Positions 48,966 through 58,945 of a stretch of DNA of 59,107 nucleotides are shown here, piece after piece. The first letter of the stretch is position 1, and the number at the start of each line of letters is the position of its first letter. The notes under the pieces were generated by a model. It did no database searches and was not told the origin of the DNA. It saw only the letters and a program-made list of their open reading frames with translations. The DNA is from an uncultured bacterium. GTDB taxonomy: Bacteria > Chloroflexota > UBA5177 > JANWHV01. Both the position numbers and the translations under genes were made by a program. Where the stretch lies: the NCBI GenBank assembly GCA_963729625.1, contig CAVSOU010000001.1:1-59107 (forward strand), given 5' to 3'.

Positions 48966-51900
48966 CGTCGTCTGCCTCTGCGTCCAGCGTGGCCACGGCG
49001 GAGGGCGCGCGTACGCGCCGCTTCTTTACCGCGGTGCCGGCCGGCTCCACGTACAAATCCTCCAGGCCGTGTGCAATGGCCAGCGACTTATCCGTGCGGC
49101 ACTTCTCACGCACCCGATCGGGCCAGATCGCGTACGCCAGGTGCGCCCAATCGTAGTCGCCGCGCTCCAGCTTGTTCCAGCACTCCTTCGTGTCCTTGGC
49201 CCATTTAGGCAGACGGAACAGGCGGTGCAGTGGCGCGGCGTTGATGATCGCGCCGTCGTTCAGATCGGGACGGTAGGGCAGTGCGGCTACCCGCAGCAGC
49301 TCATCGCGGAAAGCGGCCAGCTCCTCGCGGAACGTCTGCCGGCCTTCAATCTCCTCCCTCAGCCGCGTCGCCTCACGCCCGCTGGCGGCTTCCAGCCGTG
49401 CACCCAGCTCGGCCACGTCGCGCTCGACCGATGACACCTTCGGCAGCACGTACCGGTTCACCGCAGTGAACAGCGTGTCGGAGGTGAGCCGGTGGTAGGA
49501 GATCCACAGTGTGTACGAGCAGGATGGCGTGGAGAGCGGCCAGTAGATAGGAGCCTGCCGACGGCTCTTCGAATACTGCGACAGATGGTGAGCGAAGAAT
49601 GAGGCGGGACGCCGGACGTACTCGCGCAATCCTTTCACTTGCAGGATCTCGCATGCCTCGGCTTCGATCGCTTCAGCGCGCTCCTCAAACAGGTATGCCA
49701 GCACGGCCTGTACACTCCGCACGATGTCATCCTCAGGCAACTCTGAATCATCCACCAGGATGCCGGACCACTGGATGGCAATCGGGTAGTTGGTGGGCAC
49801 ATGCTCTGGCCGTGCGGGGATCCGCCCAGGGCGGAAGGGGAGAGGCCCCGCTACCCCCACAAGCGTGGCGTCCTCGGTCAGCATGCCGGGCGGACAGCTA
49901 GCGAGCGGACCAAAGGCGTCGCCTGGCGTGGCCGCCCACTCGGGATGTTTGCCTATGCGGGCGTCCCAGCGACCAAAGACTACACCTAGAGCGTACCCCA
50001 CTACATTGCTTGAAACAGCTGAAGCATCCTCTTCTTCGAACTCAGCTCCAAAGTAAAGTCGCCAACGCCCCGCCGCGGGAGGGATTCGCGCTCGAAAGTT
50101 ACGATCCATTTCCTCTATGTCGCCAGATGAAAGGCCAAGGAGCTGACATGCAATCTCGTCAATGCGACCCCTGACGCCGAGTAAATCACGAATTGTCGTC
50201 GTCTCTTCCTGGTGCCATGCGCGTGCCGATGCGGCCAAGCCATCGCTGTTCACCCCAGCAGGAGAAATGAAGTCATGGGCGGTCTCCTCGATCTGGTACA
50301 GGCTCCTGACCAGCTGTACCGCATTCGTGGCATGGGTGGTGAGCAAGCACTCGTCATGAGCCGGCACGTGCGGCCAGATCAACCTCTGGATGACACCAAC
50401 TTCATAATGATTGGGATGAGAACCGGCCTCACCTTGAAGAGATCCGACGAAGAAGCTCAGGACATATTCCGCCGGCCTACTTGACATATACGCCAACAGC
50501 GCTGCAGGGGATACATCCTTGGCGAACGCAACCGAACCGGTATGGGAAAACCCCGACCCATGCGGATGGACTCTAGCATTAAACCCCAGGACCGACCGAG
50601 ATGGAAATGTGACCCCCGGTAGACCAAAGCACTCCGTTCCCTGAACACGAGATCTTCCAGTTGCCTGGATCTCAGCGCCTGCAGCGCCATACTTAACGAC
50701 CCAGCTAGGGTCGTCCCAAAATGGGCTGTATTCACTCGACTTTGTGTACGGAAGCCATCCGGCCGAGGGGACAACCTCCCACCATGCGTATGAAAAGCGG
50801 AACTCGTCAGCAGTCACCATTCCCTGCCGAACGGACGCCCCACTTCCTTCAAGAGGTGGAAGAGTTGAGAGTCGCGAACGGAACTCATCCGAAACCCAGT
50901 ATGCGAGAGGGGATCCGGGAATGGAAGTCACGGCCCTTAAATCGAAGAGAAACAGGTCACCAGGCCAATTGCCTGCAGACGTGCAGTCTATTGCCTGCTC
51001 AAGTTCCATTTGCTTATCAGCATCGAGTTGAACACGGAATATCGCAGCTGCGTCAGATGCCTGGGGCGAAATAACCATGGCAGACGCGCTAACGGTAGCG
51101 CCGTCGAGCACGTCCCCTCCCAACTGCGCTCCAAATGCCAACGCTCTAGTAGGGCTGGCCAGATTTGCCAGCCGCCAGCGCCTGAATGCAGGCTGGAACC
51201 AAGGCCGTGTTGACAGGAGGACACCGACCAAGCCAGTTGGCGCCCAGCGCTCTCCAGCTGCTGTAACAAAGGCGCTCCCAATGTCCCTGCCGCTCTCCGC
51301 AAGCTGGCGTTCAAGTACCGCAGCGGAAGCAGTCGAGGCATCGCCAAATGGCGGATTCATCAGCACAACGCCATAACGCTGTCGCAGAAGGTCAACGAAC
51401 CTGAACCCCTGGGTCCCGTCGGCCGCGAAGAGGCGACGCGTGGCGGCATCGCCGTTCTCCGCCATCTCGCTATACGCTCGCAGCACATCCAGGATGCGCA
51501 CTTCCGCGGCATTCCAGAAGCCGTCGTCAGTCACGTCGGAGAAGTCCAGCGCTTGCTGCGTTGGCGGCGAGTACCCGGCGAATAACGCGTGCTGTACGCC
51601 GCCGGATTGCGCGCGGTAGCGTACGTGCTCTTCCTTCACGATCTCCCGCAGCCGTTCCTCGGGCTTGAGCAGGCTGCCTGCCACACCCGCTAGTGCTAAC
51701 TCGTCCCACATAGCCTCCGCCAAGCGCGCCAACGTCGGCGAGTCCAGAGCAGTGAGGAAGCGGGTGAAGTGGTTGCGTTCGCCCGGCATCGGCGCTGCGC
51801 AGACAATGTTGCCGCGGCTGATCGCCGGTCGCTCCGCCGCCTTCAGGCCGACGTCCTGGTAGGCCCGCTGGGCACGCAGCCACAGCGCCAGCGCCGCGAT

Positions 51901-53424
51901 CTGGCAGGCACGCGGGTCGATGTCGATTCCATGCAGGTTGTGTCGCAGGATCAGTGAGGGCGTGGCGCGCCGCAATACCTCGAAATCGGGGTAGTCGTCG
52001 CGCAAAGTGGTGCCGGTGGCCTCGCTCGGCACGGCACGGCTCCAGGTCCATCCTTCCTCGTAGATGGCGGCGAGGAGATCGAAGGCGTAGAGCAGGAAGT
52101 GCCCGCTGCCGCACGCCGGGTCGAGAATCTTGATGTCCCTCGGGTCTTTCGCTACGCGGTAGGGGATGTGCTCGGTCTCCAGATCCCATTGGCGGCAGAT
52201 CGCGGCGTTGAGCGAGCGTAGCAACGCCAGGTCCTCCTCGGATGGTCCACCGTCGGCATGCGCCCATCGGCGCTGGCAAACAAAGAGAGTAATGCGCAGT
52301 TCCTCAAAGCTGCCCTGCCATTTGGCTGATTGTCTGTAGGCATCCTGGCAGCGGTTCGCCACCTCGAAGAAGGCCTCCGAGGCATCCTGAACCCCCTGCA
52401 CTTGATGGGCGTAGCCGTAGTCAATAGTCATGCCGTAGTGCAGGATGTCCCAGAACTCCGTCAAATCTGGATTGGGACGCGTCCACATCTCACCTGCGAT
52501 ATCGGGATCCGTGTATCCATCCTCCGGCTTCCACGGCGCCGGCGCTTCCTCCAACAGACCAAGGAATACCGGTCGCTTCCGCCGCACCATGTACCGGCAT
52601 TGCTCGACCAGACGCGTATCGCCCTGCCGCATCTCGTACCAGGTGCGGCCGAGGGTGTTGTCCGTCAGGAACTCCACCACGTAGCGCGGCGTGAAGAACT
52701 GGTTGCGTACCGCCAGCTCGCGGCTGGTGCGCGGCGCCTGCGACTCACGCATCTTCTTGCGCTCGTCCGGGTCGTTGTAATACTGGTACACCCAGCCGAT
52801 CGTCTCGTCTTCCGCCCACAGGTGCGCCAGCTCGGCTCGATTCAGTAGGGCAAGCACGTCGTCCAGGCAGCGCTCGCCTGGGAAGATCAACGAATGGGGA
52901 TCGGTGCGATCGAATAGCGCCGGCAGGTCGCGGGCGATCTCGTCGTAGAGGCACTCCAGGTACGTGCGATAGGTTTCATGGCGGCTACCCAGCGCCCCGC
53001 CTGCCAGCCGCTCAAAAACCTGGAAGCCGCTCGAGGCCGGCCCGGCCCCGGCGCTCTGCACGATCAGCCCTCGCTCCTCCGCCATGCGCAGGGCCACCAG
53101 ACGGTTGAGTGTCGTGAAGCCGATCTCCCGCGCCATACGGTCGTACGCGTCGCGTGCAATATCCCGTGTGCCCCTGCCCCCGGCGCCTGTCTCGCCCGCG
53201 CCACGTTCCGCTGCAATCAGATGCTCCAGCAGCGCCCGTAACTCCGCACCGGCGGCACGCTCCGCCTCGGTGAGGTCGCCAATGGCGGCAAGATCCAGCA
53301 CGGTGCCGTCATCCTGAAAGCCCAGACGCCGCAACTCGTCCATCACGTCGGTCTTGAGTCGCTCGCGGATCTTGCCGACCGCGTTGGCGAGCAGGTTGCG
53401 CGTGTCGCGATCGAAGCTCATCAA
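48958..53424 (-). CDS. pglX: BREX PglX adenine DNA methyltransferase
   Basis: IGWVYQYY, NQFFTPRYVV, ILDPACGSGHFL, GIDID, MNPPF, YSKSRRQAPIYW, PDLNDG. Confidence 0.93.
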   Translation of the reverse strand: MMSFDRDTRNLLANAVGKIRERLKTDVMDELRRLGFQDDGTVLDLAAIGDLTEAERAAGAELRALLEHLIAAERGAGETGAGGRGTRDIARDAYDRMAREIGFTTLNRLVALRMAEERGLIVQSAGAGPASSGFQVFERLAGGALGSRHETYRTYLECLYDEIARDLPALFDRTDPHSLIFPGERCLDDVLALLNRAELAHLWAEDETIGWVYQYYNDPDERKKMRESQAPRTSRELAVRNQFFTPRYVVEFLTDNTLGRTWYEMRQGDTRLVEQCRYMVRRKRPVFLGLLEEAPAPWKPEDGYTDPDIAGEMWTRPNPDLTEFWDILHYGMTIDYGYAHQVQGVQDASEAFFEVANRCQDAYRQSAKWQGSFEELRITLFVCQRRWAHADGGPSEEDLALLRSLNAAICRQWDLETEHIPYRVAKDPRDIKILDPACGSGHFLLYAFDLLAAIYEEGWTWSRAVPSEATGTTLRDDYPDFEVLRRATPSLILRHNLHGIDIDPRACQIAALALWLRAQRAYQDVGLKAAERPAISRGNIVCAAPMPGERNHFTRFLTALDSPTLARLAEAMWDELALAGVAGSLLKPEERLREIVKEEHVRYRAQSGGVQHALFAGYSPPTQQALDFSDVTDDGFWNAAEVRILDVLRAYSEMAENGDAATRRLFAADGTQGFRFVDLLRQRYGVVLMNPPFGDASTASAAVLERQLAESGRDIGSAFVTAAGERWAPTGLVGVLLSTRPWFQPAFRRWRLANLASPTRALAFGAQLGGDVLDGATVSASAMVISPQASDAAAIFRVQLDADKQMELEQAIDCTSAGNWPGDLFLFDLRAVTSIPGSPLAYWVSDEFRSRLSTLPPLEGSGASVRQGMVTADEFRFSYAWWEVVPSAGWLPYTKSSEYSPFWDDPSWVVKYGAAGAEIQATGRSRVQGTECFGLPGVTFPSRSVLGFNARVHPHGSGFSHTGSVAFAKDVSPAALLAYMSSRPAEYVLSFFVGSLQGEAGSHPNHYEVGVIQRLIWPHVPAHDECLLTTHATNAVQLVRSLYQIEETAHDFISPAGVNSDGLAASARAWHQEETTTIRDLLGVRGRIDEIACQLLGLSSGDIEEMDRNFRARIPPAAGRWRLYFGAEFEEEDASAVSSNVVGYALGVVFGRWDARIGKHPEWAATPGDAFGPLASCPPGMLTEDATLVGVAGPLPFRPGRIPARPEHVPTNYPIAIQWSGILVDDSELPEDDIVRSVQAVLAYLFEERAEAIEAEACEILQVKGLREYVRRPASFFAHHLSQYSKSRRQAPIYWPLSTPSCSYTLWISYHRLTSDTLFTAVNRYVLPKVSSVERDVAELGARLEAASGREATRLREEIEGRQTFREELAAFRDELLRVAALPYRPDLNDGAIINAAPLHRLFRLPKWAKDTKECWNKLERGDYDWAHLAYAIWPDRVREKCRTDKSLAIAHGLEDLYVEPAGTAVKKRRVRAPSAVATLDAEADDDE

Positions 53425-56400
53425 CGCACGTCGATTCTGATCGGTGCGCCCGCGGCCATGCTGTTGCGGATGCGGGCTTCAACATCGGCCAGCCACGTCG
53501 AAAGTTCTTCTTCGTTATGGATCACAGCCGACCGCGCCACCGCGCCAATGGGCAGGCTGACCGGCGCCGGATCCGATCCCGGCTCCGCGATGACGAGCGA
53601 AGGTACTCGCCGTGCCACTTCCGTTTCCAGCTTCTGGCGCAGTCGCGGCACGTCACTCTGCCGGAACAACAGCAGCTTGAGGCCGGACAGCTCTCTTTCT
53701 TCCACCGGCAACTCCGGAAGATCCGACTCCGTTTCTTCCGCTATTTCGGCGCGGTCATCGTCGCCGATTTTCAGCCAGTCCAACAGACCTTCGAGATCCG
53801 TGCGAACCTGCTGCAGGGCATCGGCATACCCTGCCATTTGCTCCCGGTACGCCGCGGCAGCACGTTCGCGCACCCTGCGCACAAGGGTGCGAAGGTCGGG
53901 CAGTCGCTCGTAGAATTGTTCGGAAGCCAGCGAACCCTGCAGTATCTCTCGTTCCGCCGACTCGAGCACAGCCGGCAGCCAGGGGAAGAGCTGTGCCAGC
54001 TCGTCCGCGTCGCGGAGCACCGCTCGAGCTGCCTGGATATCGTCTTCTGCACCACCATCAAGGGCTTTCACTACCGCTCCCGCCCAGGCCAGATCGGCCG
54101 GGAATGCGCAATCCTTGGCACCCAGGATATCGATAGCCGCCGCGCCGTCCTGGCCCTGCACGTCTTGACCCGTGGCCAGGAACGCCAGCGCCCGTGCTTC
54201 GCCGGACAGGCCGAGCAAGCGTAGTTGCTCGGGCACCGGTGCGAACGGGGAAAGCAAACGAGGGAGGTGCTCGCGCACGGCCTTACCGATCTGGTCTTCG
54301 TGCGGCAGTATCTCCCTGCCGATCATCTCCTGGAGCCGGCTTGACGCGCGATCGAGTGCCTCCAGAGGTGGGCGGCTATCGCGCAAACCGACTCCCACTT
54401 TGTTGAAGCTTTGCGTGTTTCGCAGCGCGTCCTCGGCGGTGGGGCCCCTCATAGTCACGGGCCCAGAAGCAGGATAGAGGACCAGCTCGCCCGCCACGAG
54501 CAGGGCAGCGAAAACATAACGCGTGGCATCCTTAGACCATCCGTACGGCGCCACGGCAAATCGGTCCTGAATGGCATTGCCCTGGATTCGGCCAGTTTGA
54601 GCATCGTGCAACATCTCCCGAAGCAGCCTGAGTGCCTCTGCGAGGGCAGGATGCTGGATATTTACACGCGACTTGCCACCGATCTTGCTCACGAAGCCCA
54701 GCGGATCGCTGACCGAAGGCATGCGGTCCAGGCCGTCCACTTCTAGGAACTTCACGGCCAGATCTGTGGACGGGCGGATGTTGACCAGATGGAACTGCGG
54801 ATAGATACGCGCCGCGGCATCGGACAGCACTTTTCGAGCCGCCGCATCCAGCGTGGCGCCGGCGGTTGCAGCAGGCGTCGGCGTGCCTCGAAAGATGAGC
54901 GTGCCTTGCAGCAAGGCCGTCTGATACAGGGAACGGGCCCGCGCAATGTGTCTCTGCTCGGCCACGCGCTCGGTCCGTACATACGCCGCGACGTCCTTAG
55001 ACACCTCGGACGCCGACACCTTGCGCTGAATGTACTGGGAGCGAATTGCCTGTGCGAGCGCGTCCTCGACAGTATCCTCGGGGCGCATCAGCCAGGCGAT
55101 GGCGTTCTTCCACTCCGCGTGGCCGGTGCTCTCTGCGAGCAACGTGGTACGACGATCGTCCCACATGGCGCCGGAGACGGCTTCCAGCCGAAACTGCACT
55201 TCCTCGTCGTCACCCACGATGGCCGTCCTGCCGTACTGCACGCCGGCTTTGACGGTCTTTGCACCCTCAATTGTGACTGCGGGCAGCGTGTCGAATAGCT
55301 CCTTCAAGATCGTGTTGCGCAGCGTGGTCACCTCGGCGGCGGTGGGGACATGGCTGTCGCGGTCCCGCACGATCGGCTTGAGGCTGTCGCTGAGGAAACT
55401 CACCCCGCCGGCCTGTGGATCATCCACCAGGCCCAGCTCTTTGCTGTCCAGCAACGTGCGCAGGGCGGCGCGTACAGCATCCAGGTGCGGCGCATCGCCG
55501 ATCTGGGGGTACAGCAGGGCGGCAATATTCTCCGCGTTGCGCGGGAAGTTGTCGATCGGCTGCAACGCGGCGATGGCCTTGGCCACCCGAAGCGGCGTGA
55601 CGTCGCCTGGAAAGGCCTGCGCCACGCGGTCCACGCCGGTCACCACGTGCGGCAGCACTTTCAGGATGTCGGCGCGAAGCGTGTCGAAGAACGCGTCGAC
55701 CGTGGCCAAACGACCAACGGCGGCGTCGGCCAACAGCGGGGCGCCAGCGGGAAGCACCTTGCTGGTATCCACGAGCACGTCCTGAATCACCCTGATCGCC
55801 GAGCGCAAGCCAAGGCCGCTGAATTGATCGCGCTTGGCGAGCGCTCGTACCAGTTCCATGAGCAGGTCGAAGTGCTGCGGCAGGAACGGGTAGAGGTGCA
55901 CGAAGCTCTGCTCGTCGATCTCGCTCTTGACCATTGACGTGCCGGCCAGACGGGTGTTCATGGCCAGGGACTGCCCATGCTGGCGATACAGCGCGCCAAG
56001 CTGTGCAGTGCCCTCGGCGCTCTTGGTCAGCAGGCGTTTCCAGGTGATCTCGCGGATGTCCCTGGCATCCAGCTCGAGCCCAATGGGGAAGCGATCGCGC
56101 AGCTTGTTCAGATCCACCGAATTGTAGGCGGCCCCGTCCACGATCTCGCTGAGCGTCTGCTGGCCGGTCGCCACAATCCAGGCCTGGCCCCGTCCCAGTT
56201 CTTTGATGTTGCGCGCCAGTCCATCCAGATTGAGGATCAGCTCGCGGCGGGGCGCCACATACTGGCCTGCCTCGTCTATCAGGAACAGCACGTTGCGGTG
56301 CCCGCTGCGCCGGCGGATCACGTCCAGCATGTCCCGCACCTGGTCTCGCATGTCGAGGGCGAGCGAAAAGCGCAGTTTGTTGAAGACGCCGGGCTGAGGG

Positions 56401-57080
56401 TACTCCTTGGGATAGAACCGCGTGACCAGCTGGTCGGCACGTGGCACGCCAACCAGGGGATCGTCGTGTACTGCTTCCCAGGCCTCATGAAACTGCGCCT
56501 GATGCGCAGCCTTGAATTCCTCCAGCCTGCCGTCGCCCTCGAGCTTCAGCTCCAGCTCTGCGAGCTTCTTCTCCTTTGAGAAGCCCGCCCACTGCAGCAC
56601 CTTCCAATACAGCACCGTGGAGACACTGTCGCTTGCCGACTCCGCAAGCTGCTCCGAACCGAGGTCCAGCATGATCACCGCTGCCGGCTGCTGGGTGGCC
56701 AGCGTGCGCAGATCGCCCTTCACCACGGGGCTGTTGATACGCTCCAGCAGCAATTCCAGGAACGGACGCCCGTTGACTTGCCGCGCGGGATCGAGGCCGA
56801 AGCCCAGGTATTTGGTGAAGGAGCTTTTGCCCGAGCCGTAGAAGCCTGACACCCAGATGCCGACCTGGGTCACCTGGCCGGTGCGCACGCCCTGGCCGAA
56901 ATGGTCGAGAAATCGCTCGAAGTTCCGCTCCACATTATCGGTCACCTCGTACTCCTCTATCTCCGCCAGCAGCCGGTGCTCGTCGGTGGCATAGTAGTCG
57001 ATGACCTTCTCGATCGGTCTGTCGATGCGACGCTGCTTGGAGAAGAGGTCGCGGATGGTGCCGGCTCCGGTAGTAATCAC
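53421..57080 (-). CDS. brxC: BREX BrxC P-loop ATPase
   Basis: GFYGSGKSS, LIDEAGQY, KLRDRF, LYPFLP, PYGW. Confidence 0.93.
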   Translation of the reverse strand: MITTGAGTIRDLFSKQRRIDRPIEKVIDYYATDEHRLLAEIEEYEVTDNVERNFERFLDHFGQGVRTGQVTQVGIWVSGFYGSGKSSFTKYLGFGLDPARQVNGRPFLELLLERINSPVVKGDLRTLATQQPAAVIMLDLGSEQLAESASDSVSTVLYWKVLQWAGFSKEKKLAELELKLEGDGRLEEFKAAHQAQFHEAWEAVHDDPLVGVPRADQLVTRFYPKEYPQPGVFNKLRFSLALDMRDQVRDMLDVIRRRSGHRNVLFLIDEAGQYVAPRRELILNLDGLARNIKELGRGQAWIVATGQQTLSEIVDGAAYNSVDLNKLRDRFPIGLELDARDIREITWKRLLTKSAEGTAQLGALYRQHGQSLAMNTRLAGTSMVKSEIDEQSFVHLYPFLPQHFDLLMELVRALAKRDQFSGLGLRSAIRVIQDVLVDTSKVLPAGAPLLADAAVGRLATVDAFFDTLRADILKVLPHVVTGVDRVAQAFPGDVTPLRVAKAIAALQPIDNFPRNAENIAALLYPQIGDAPHLDAVRAALRTLLDSKELGLVDDPQAGGVSFLSDSLKPIVRDRDSHVPTAAEVTTLRNTILKELFDTLPAVTIEGAKTVKAGVQYGRTAIVGDDEEVQFRLEAVSGAMWDDRRTTLLAESTGHAEWKNAIAWLMRPEDTVEDALAQAIRSQYIQRKVSASEVSKDVAAYVRTERVAEQRHIARARSLYQTALLQGTLIFRGTPTPAATAGATLDAAARKVLSDAAARIYPQFHLVNIRPSTDLAVKFLEVDGLDRMPSVSDPLGFVSKIGGKSRVNIQHPALAEALRLLREMLHDAQTGRIQGNAIQDRFAVAPYGWSKDATRYVFAALLVAGELVLYPASGPVTMRGPTAEDALRNTQSFNKVGVGLRDSRPPLEALDRASSRLQEMIGREILPHEDQIGKAVREHLPRLLSPFAPVPEQLRLLGLSGEARALAFLATGQDVQGQDGAAAIDILGAKDCAFPADLAWAGAVVKALDGGAEDDIQAARAVLRDADELAQLFPWLPAVLESAEREILQGSLASEQFYERLPDLRTLVRRVRERAAAAYREQMAGYADALQQVRTDLEGLLDWLKIGDDDRAEIAEETESDLPELPVEERELSGLKLLLFRQSDVPRLRQKLETEVARRVPSLVIAEPGSDPAPVSLPIGAVARSAVIHNEEELSTWLADVEARIRNSMAAGAPIRIDVR

Positions 57081-57643
57081 GCGAGACCTCCAATCGGGGT
57101 GGCGCGGTAGTTATTGTCCTCCGGGTAGAAACCGAGGAATTGTAGGCCGAAGTGGCCCTTACGCAGGCCGGGATAGAAGACGACCGTCGGCCTCTTTGTC
57201 CGGTCGTGGAGAGCACTTTCGAGAGCGCGTACTCGGAAATAGGGATGCAGCATCTCCGTCTCGGTCAGGAACACCACGCTGTTTGGGCGCGGCTGCTCGA
57301 CGATCTGGGCAACGCGCCGCACCAGGACGTCGTCTCGCAGGATGCTGCGTATAGAGGCGTTGACCTCCTCCGGTTCGAAATCTGCTTCCGCTGCCAGCCA
57401 GCCGTCCCATCGGCCCGTTGCGTCGACAAGCTCCCACAGCAGATCCGAGAAGGACACACGCTCCACATCCAGACCCGCCTGCCGAAGCTGAGCGGTCCAC
57501 ACCGGCAGGAGATGCTTGACCGTCAACGCCTCAGCCGGTGGATAGACAAAGTAGAAGAAGGGATCGCTACCTGCCGCGCTCAGGGAGCCGCGCTCGACCA
57601 GCCGCTGCCGCAGCGTCGCGAAGTCATCGTCCAACGAGGACAT
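57077..57643 (-). CDS. brxB: BREX BrxB (DUF1788)
   Basis: FYFVYPP, LHPYFR, VVFYPG, NYRA; located between brxA and brxC. Confidence 0.88.
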   Translation of the reverse strand: MSSLDDDFATLRQRLVERGSLSAAGSDPFFYFVYPPAEALTVKHLLPVWTAQLRQAGLDVERVSFSDLLWELVDATGRWDGWLAAEADFEPEEVNASIRSILRDDVLVRRVAQIVEQPRPNSVVFLTETEMLHPYFRVRALESALHDRTKRPTVVFYPGLRKGHFGLQFLGFYPEDNNYRATPIGGLA

Positions 57644-58412
57644 CCAGCACCTCCTCAACGCTGCCGTAAGTCCAGCTGATACGGACCACATCACCCGCGC
57701 GTTGGACGATCAGCCAGCCGGCGGCGACCAACCCCTCTAGCCGGTCCAGCACGTCGCCGGGACCGAGTCCGAAAAGAGCCCACCCCGGCTGGGAGGCCAG
57801 CGACGCGTCGGTCACCCCGCGATCATGGAGGAGATAGGCGATGTAGATGATGGTGCCGTCGGCTGGCGTGTAGCGAAGTACGGACCGCCTTCCAGGCGCA
57901 TCCTGGCGGACCAGACCGAAGCCGGTCAGTGCCGCGAGAAGTATCCTCGCCATCTTCTCGCGCACACCGCGAGACCATGGCACGGCGATTCGCCCAGCCG
58001 AATGAGCTTCCGCGATAAAGTGCCATGCGTCTTCGGTCCTCAGCTCTGCAGCGCCTGCACGTACCCTCGGCCAGTATGACTCCGAGATAAAGTCCCGCAG
58101 CATGGCGTCCTGGCGGGCAGTGTAGTACATGACGAGATCAGTAAACATCTGGCGCGGCGCACTTGGCGCAGCCAGCCGTTTCAGATGCCGCGCCGCTATA
58201 TCGTCTGGGCGGAGGAAGCGCAAAGAGAAGACCTGCACGATGTTCTGCGCTCGCGCGGCTGTTGCACGACCAAGCACGTCATCGTTGAGCACGCGCCGGC
58301 CCAAATCGCCTGCGGACTCACCAGGATGCCAGGTCTGGAGCAGCGCACGCACTTCGGGAAGCAGTGCCCCGCCCTTGGCGAGCATTTGCGTGTAGCGAAC
58401 TTGCGGCTGCAA
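57624..58412 (-). CDS. brxA: BREX BrxA (DUF1819)
   Basis: KGGALLPE, VLGRATAAR, PWSRGV, WALFGL; operon position. Confidence 0.85.
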   Translation of the reverse strand: MQPQVRYTQMLAKGGALLPEVRALLQTWHPGESAGDLGRRVLNDDVLGRATAARAQNIVQVFSLRFLRPDDIAARHLKRLAAPSAPRQMFTDLVMYYTARQDAMLRDFISESYWPRVRAGAAELRTEDAWHFIAEAHSAGRIAVPWSRGVREKMARILLAALTGFGLVRQDAPGRRSVLRYTPADGTIIYIAYLLHDRGVTDASLASQPGWALFGLGPGDVLDRLEGLVAAGWLIVQRAGDVVRISWTYGSVEEVLDVLVGR

Positions 58413-58423
58413 CTACAACACCG

Positions 58424-58945
58424 TCATAGCGTCACTGGCTCTAGCAGGAACGGAAAGGCGGTCCGACCGCTCGTGAACGCGCCGAGATATGCAGCGCACA
58501 GTCGTTGCAGAGTCTTGCCGCGCCGAAGTCCAGAAGCGCTCCCGACGTGCATCGGCCCATAGGCGTCCGCCACAAGGTCGCCGGACGCGAGCGACGCTAA
58601 GGCGTCCAATCGAGCCTGCCTATCACCTAGATCCGCAACGCTCTGGATCAGCGGCTCACCCGCAGGTGAGCGCAGCAGCTCTGCCAAGGCAATCTCTTCT
58701 GCGGTCGGCAGACGGAAAAGATGGTATGCGCCGAGCCGGCCGATCTGCTGGTCATGCACGATGGCAGCGGCGCGACTGACCGTTTCCAGGCTGGCGCTGA
58801 GAACAGTGCGTGGAAACAACCGAGCCAGCATGCGCCTGCCCACGGGGCTGGTCACCGACGTGCCCCACCACGGCGTGGCCGCGTCTTCGCCGAGGCTACC
58901 GACAAGGTAGCGAGCCTGGATGATCGACTCCGCCCACTGTGCCAA
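58424..58945 (-). CDS. brxE: BrxE family protein
   Basis: LVGSLGE...WW, LFPRT, AAIVHDQQIG..YHLFRLP and C-terminal AY..AF....FPF; directly upstream of brxA. Confidence 0.8.
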   Translation of the reverse strand: MAQWAESIIQARYLVGSLGEDAATPWWGTSVTSPVGRRMLARLFPRTVLSASLETVSRAAAIVHDQQIGRLGAYHLFRLPTAEEIALAELLRSPAGEPLIQSVADLGDRQARLDALASLASGDLVADAYGPMHVGSASGLRRGKTLQRLCAAYLGAFTSGRTAFPFLLEPVTL

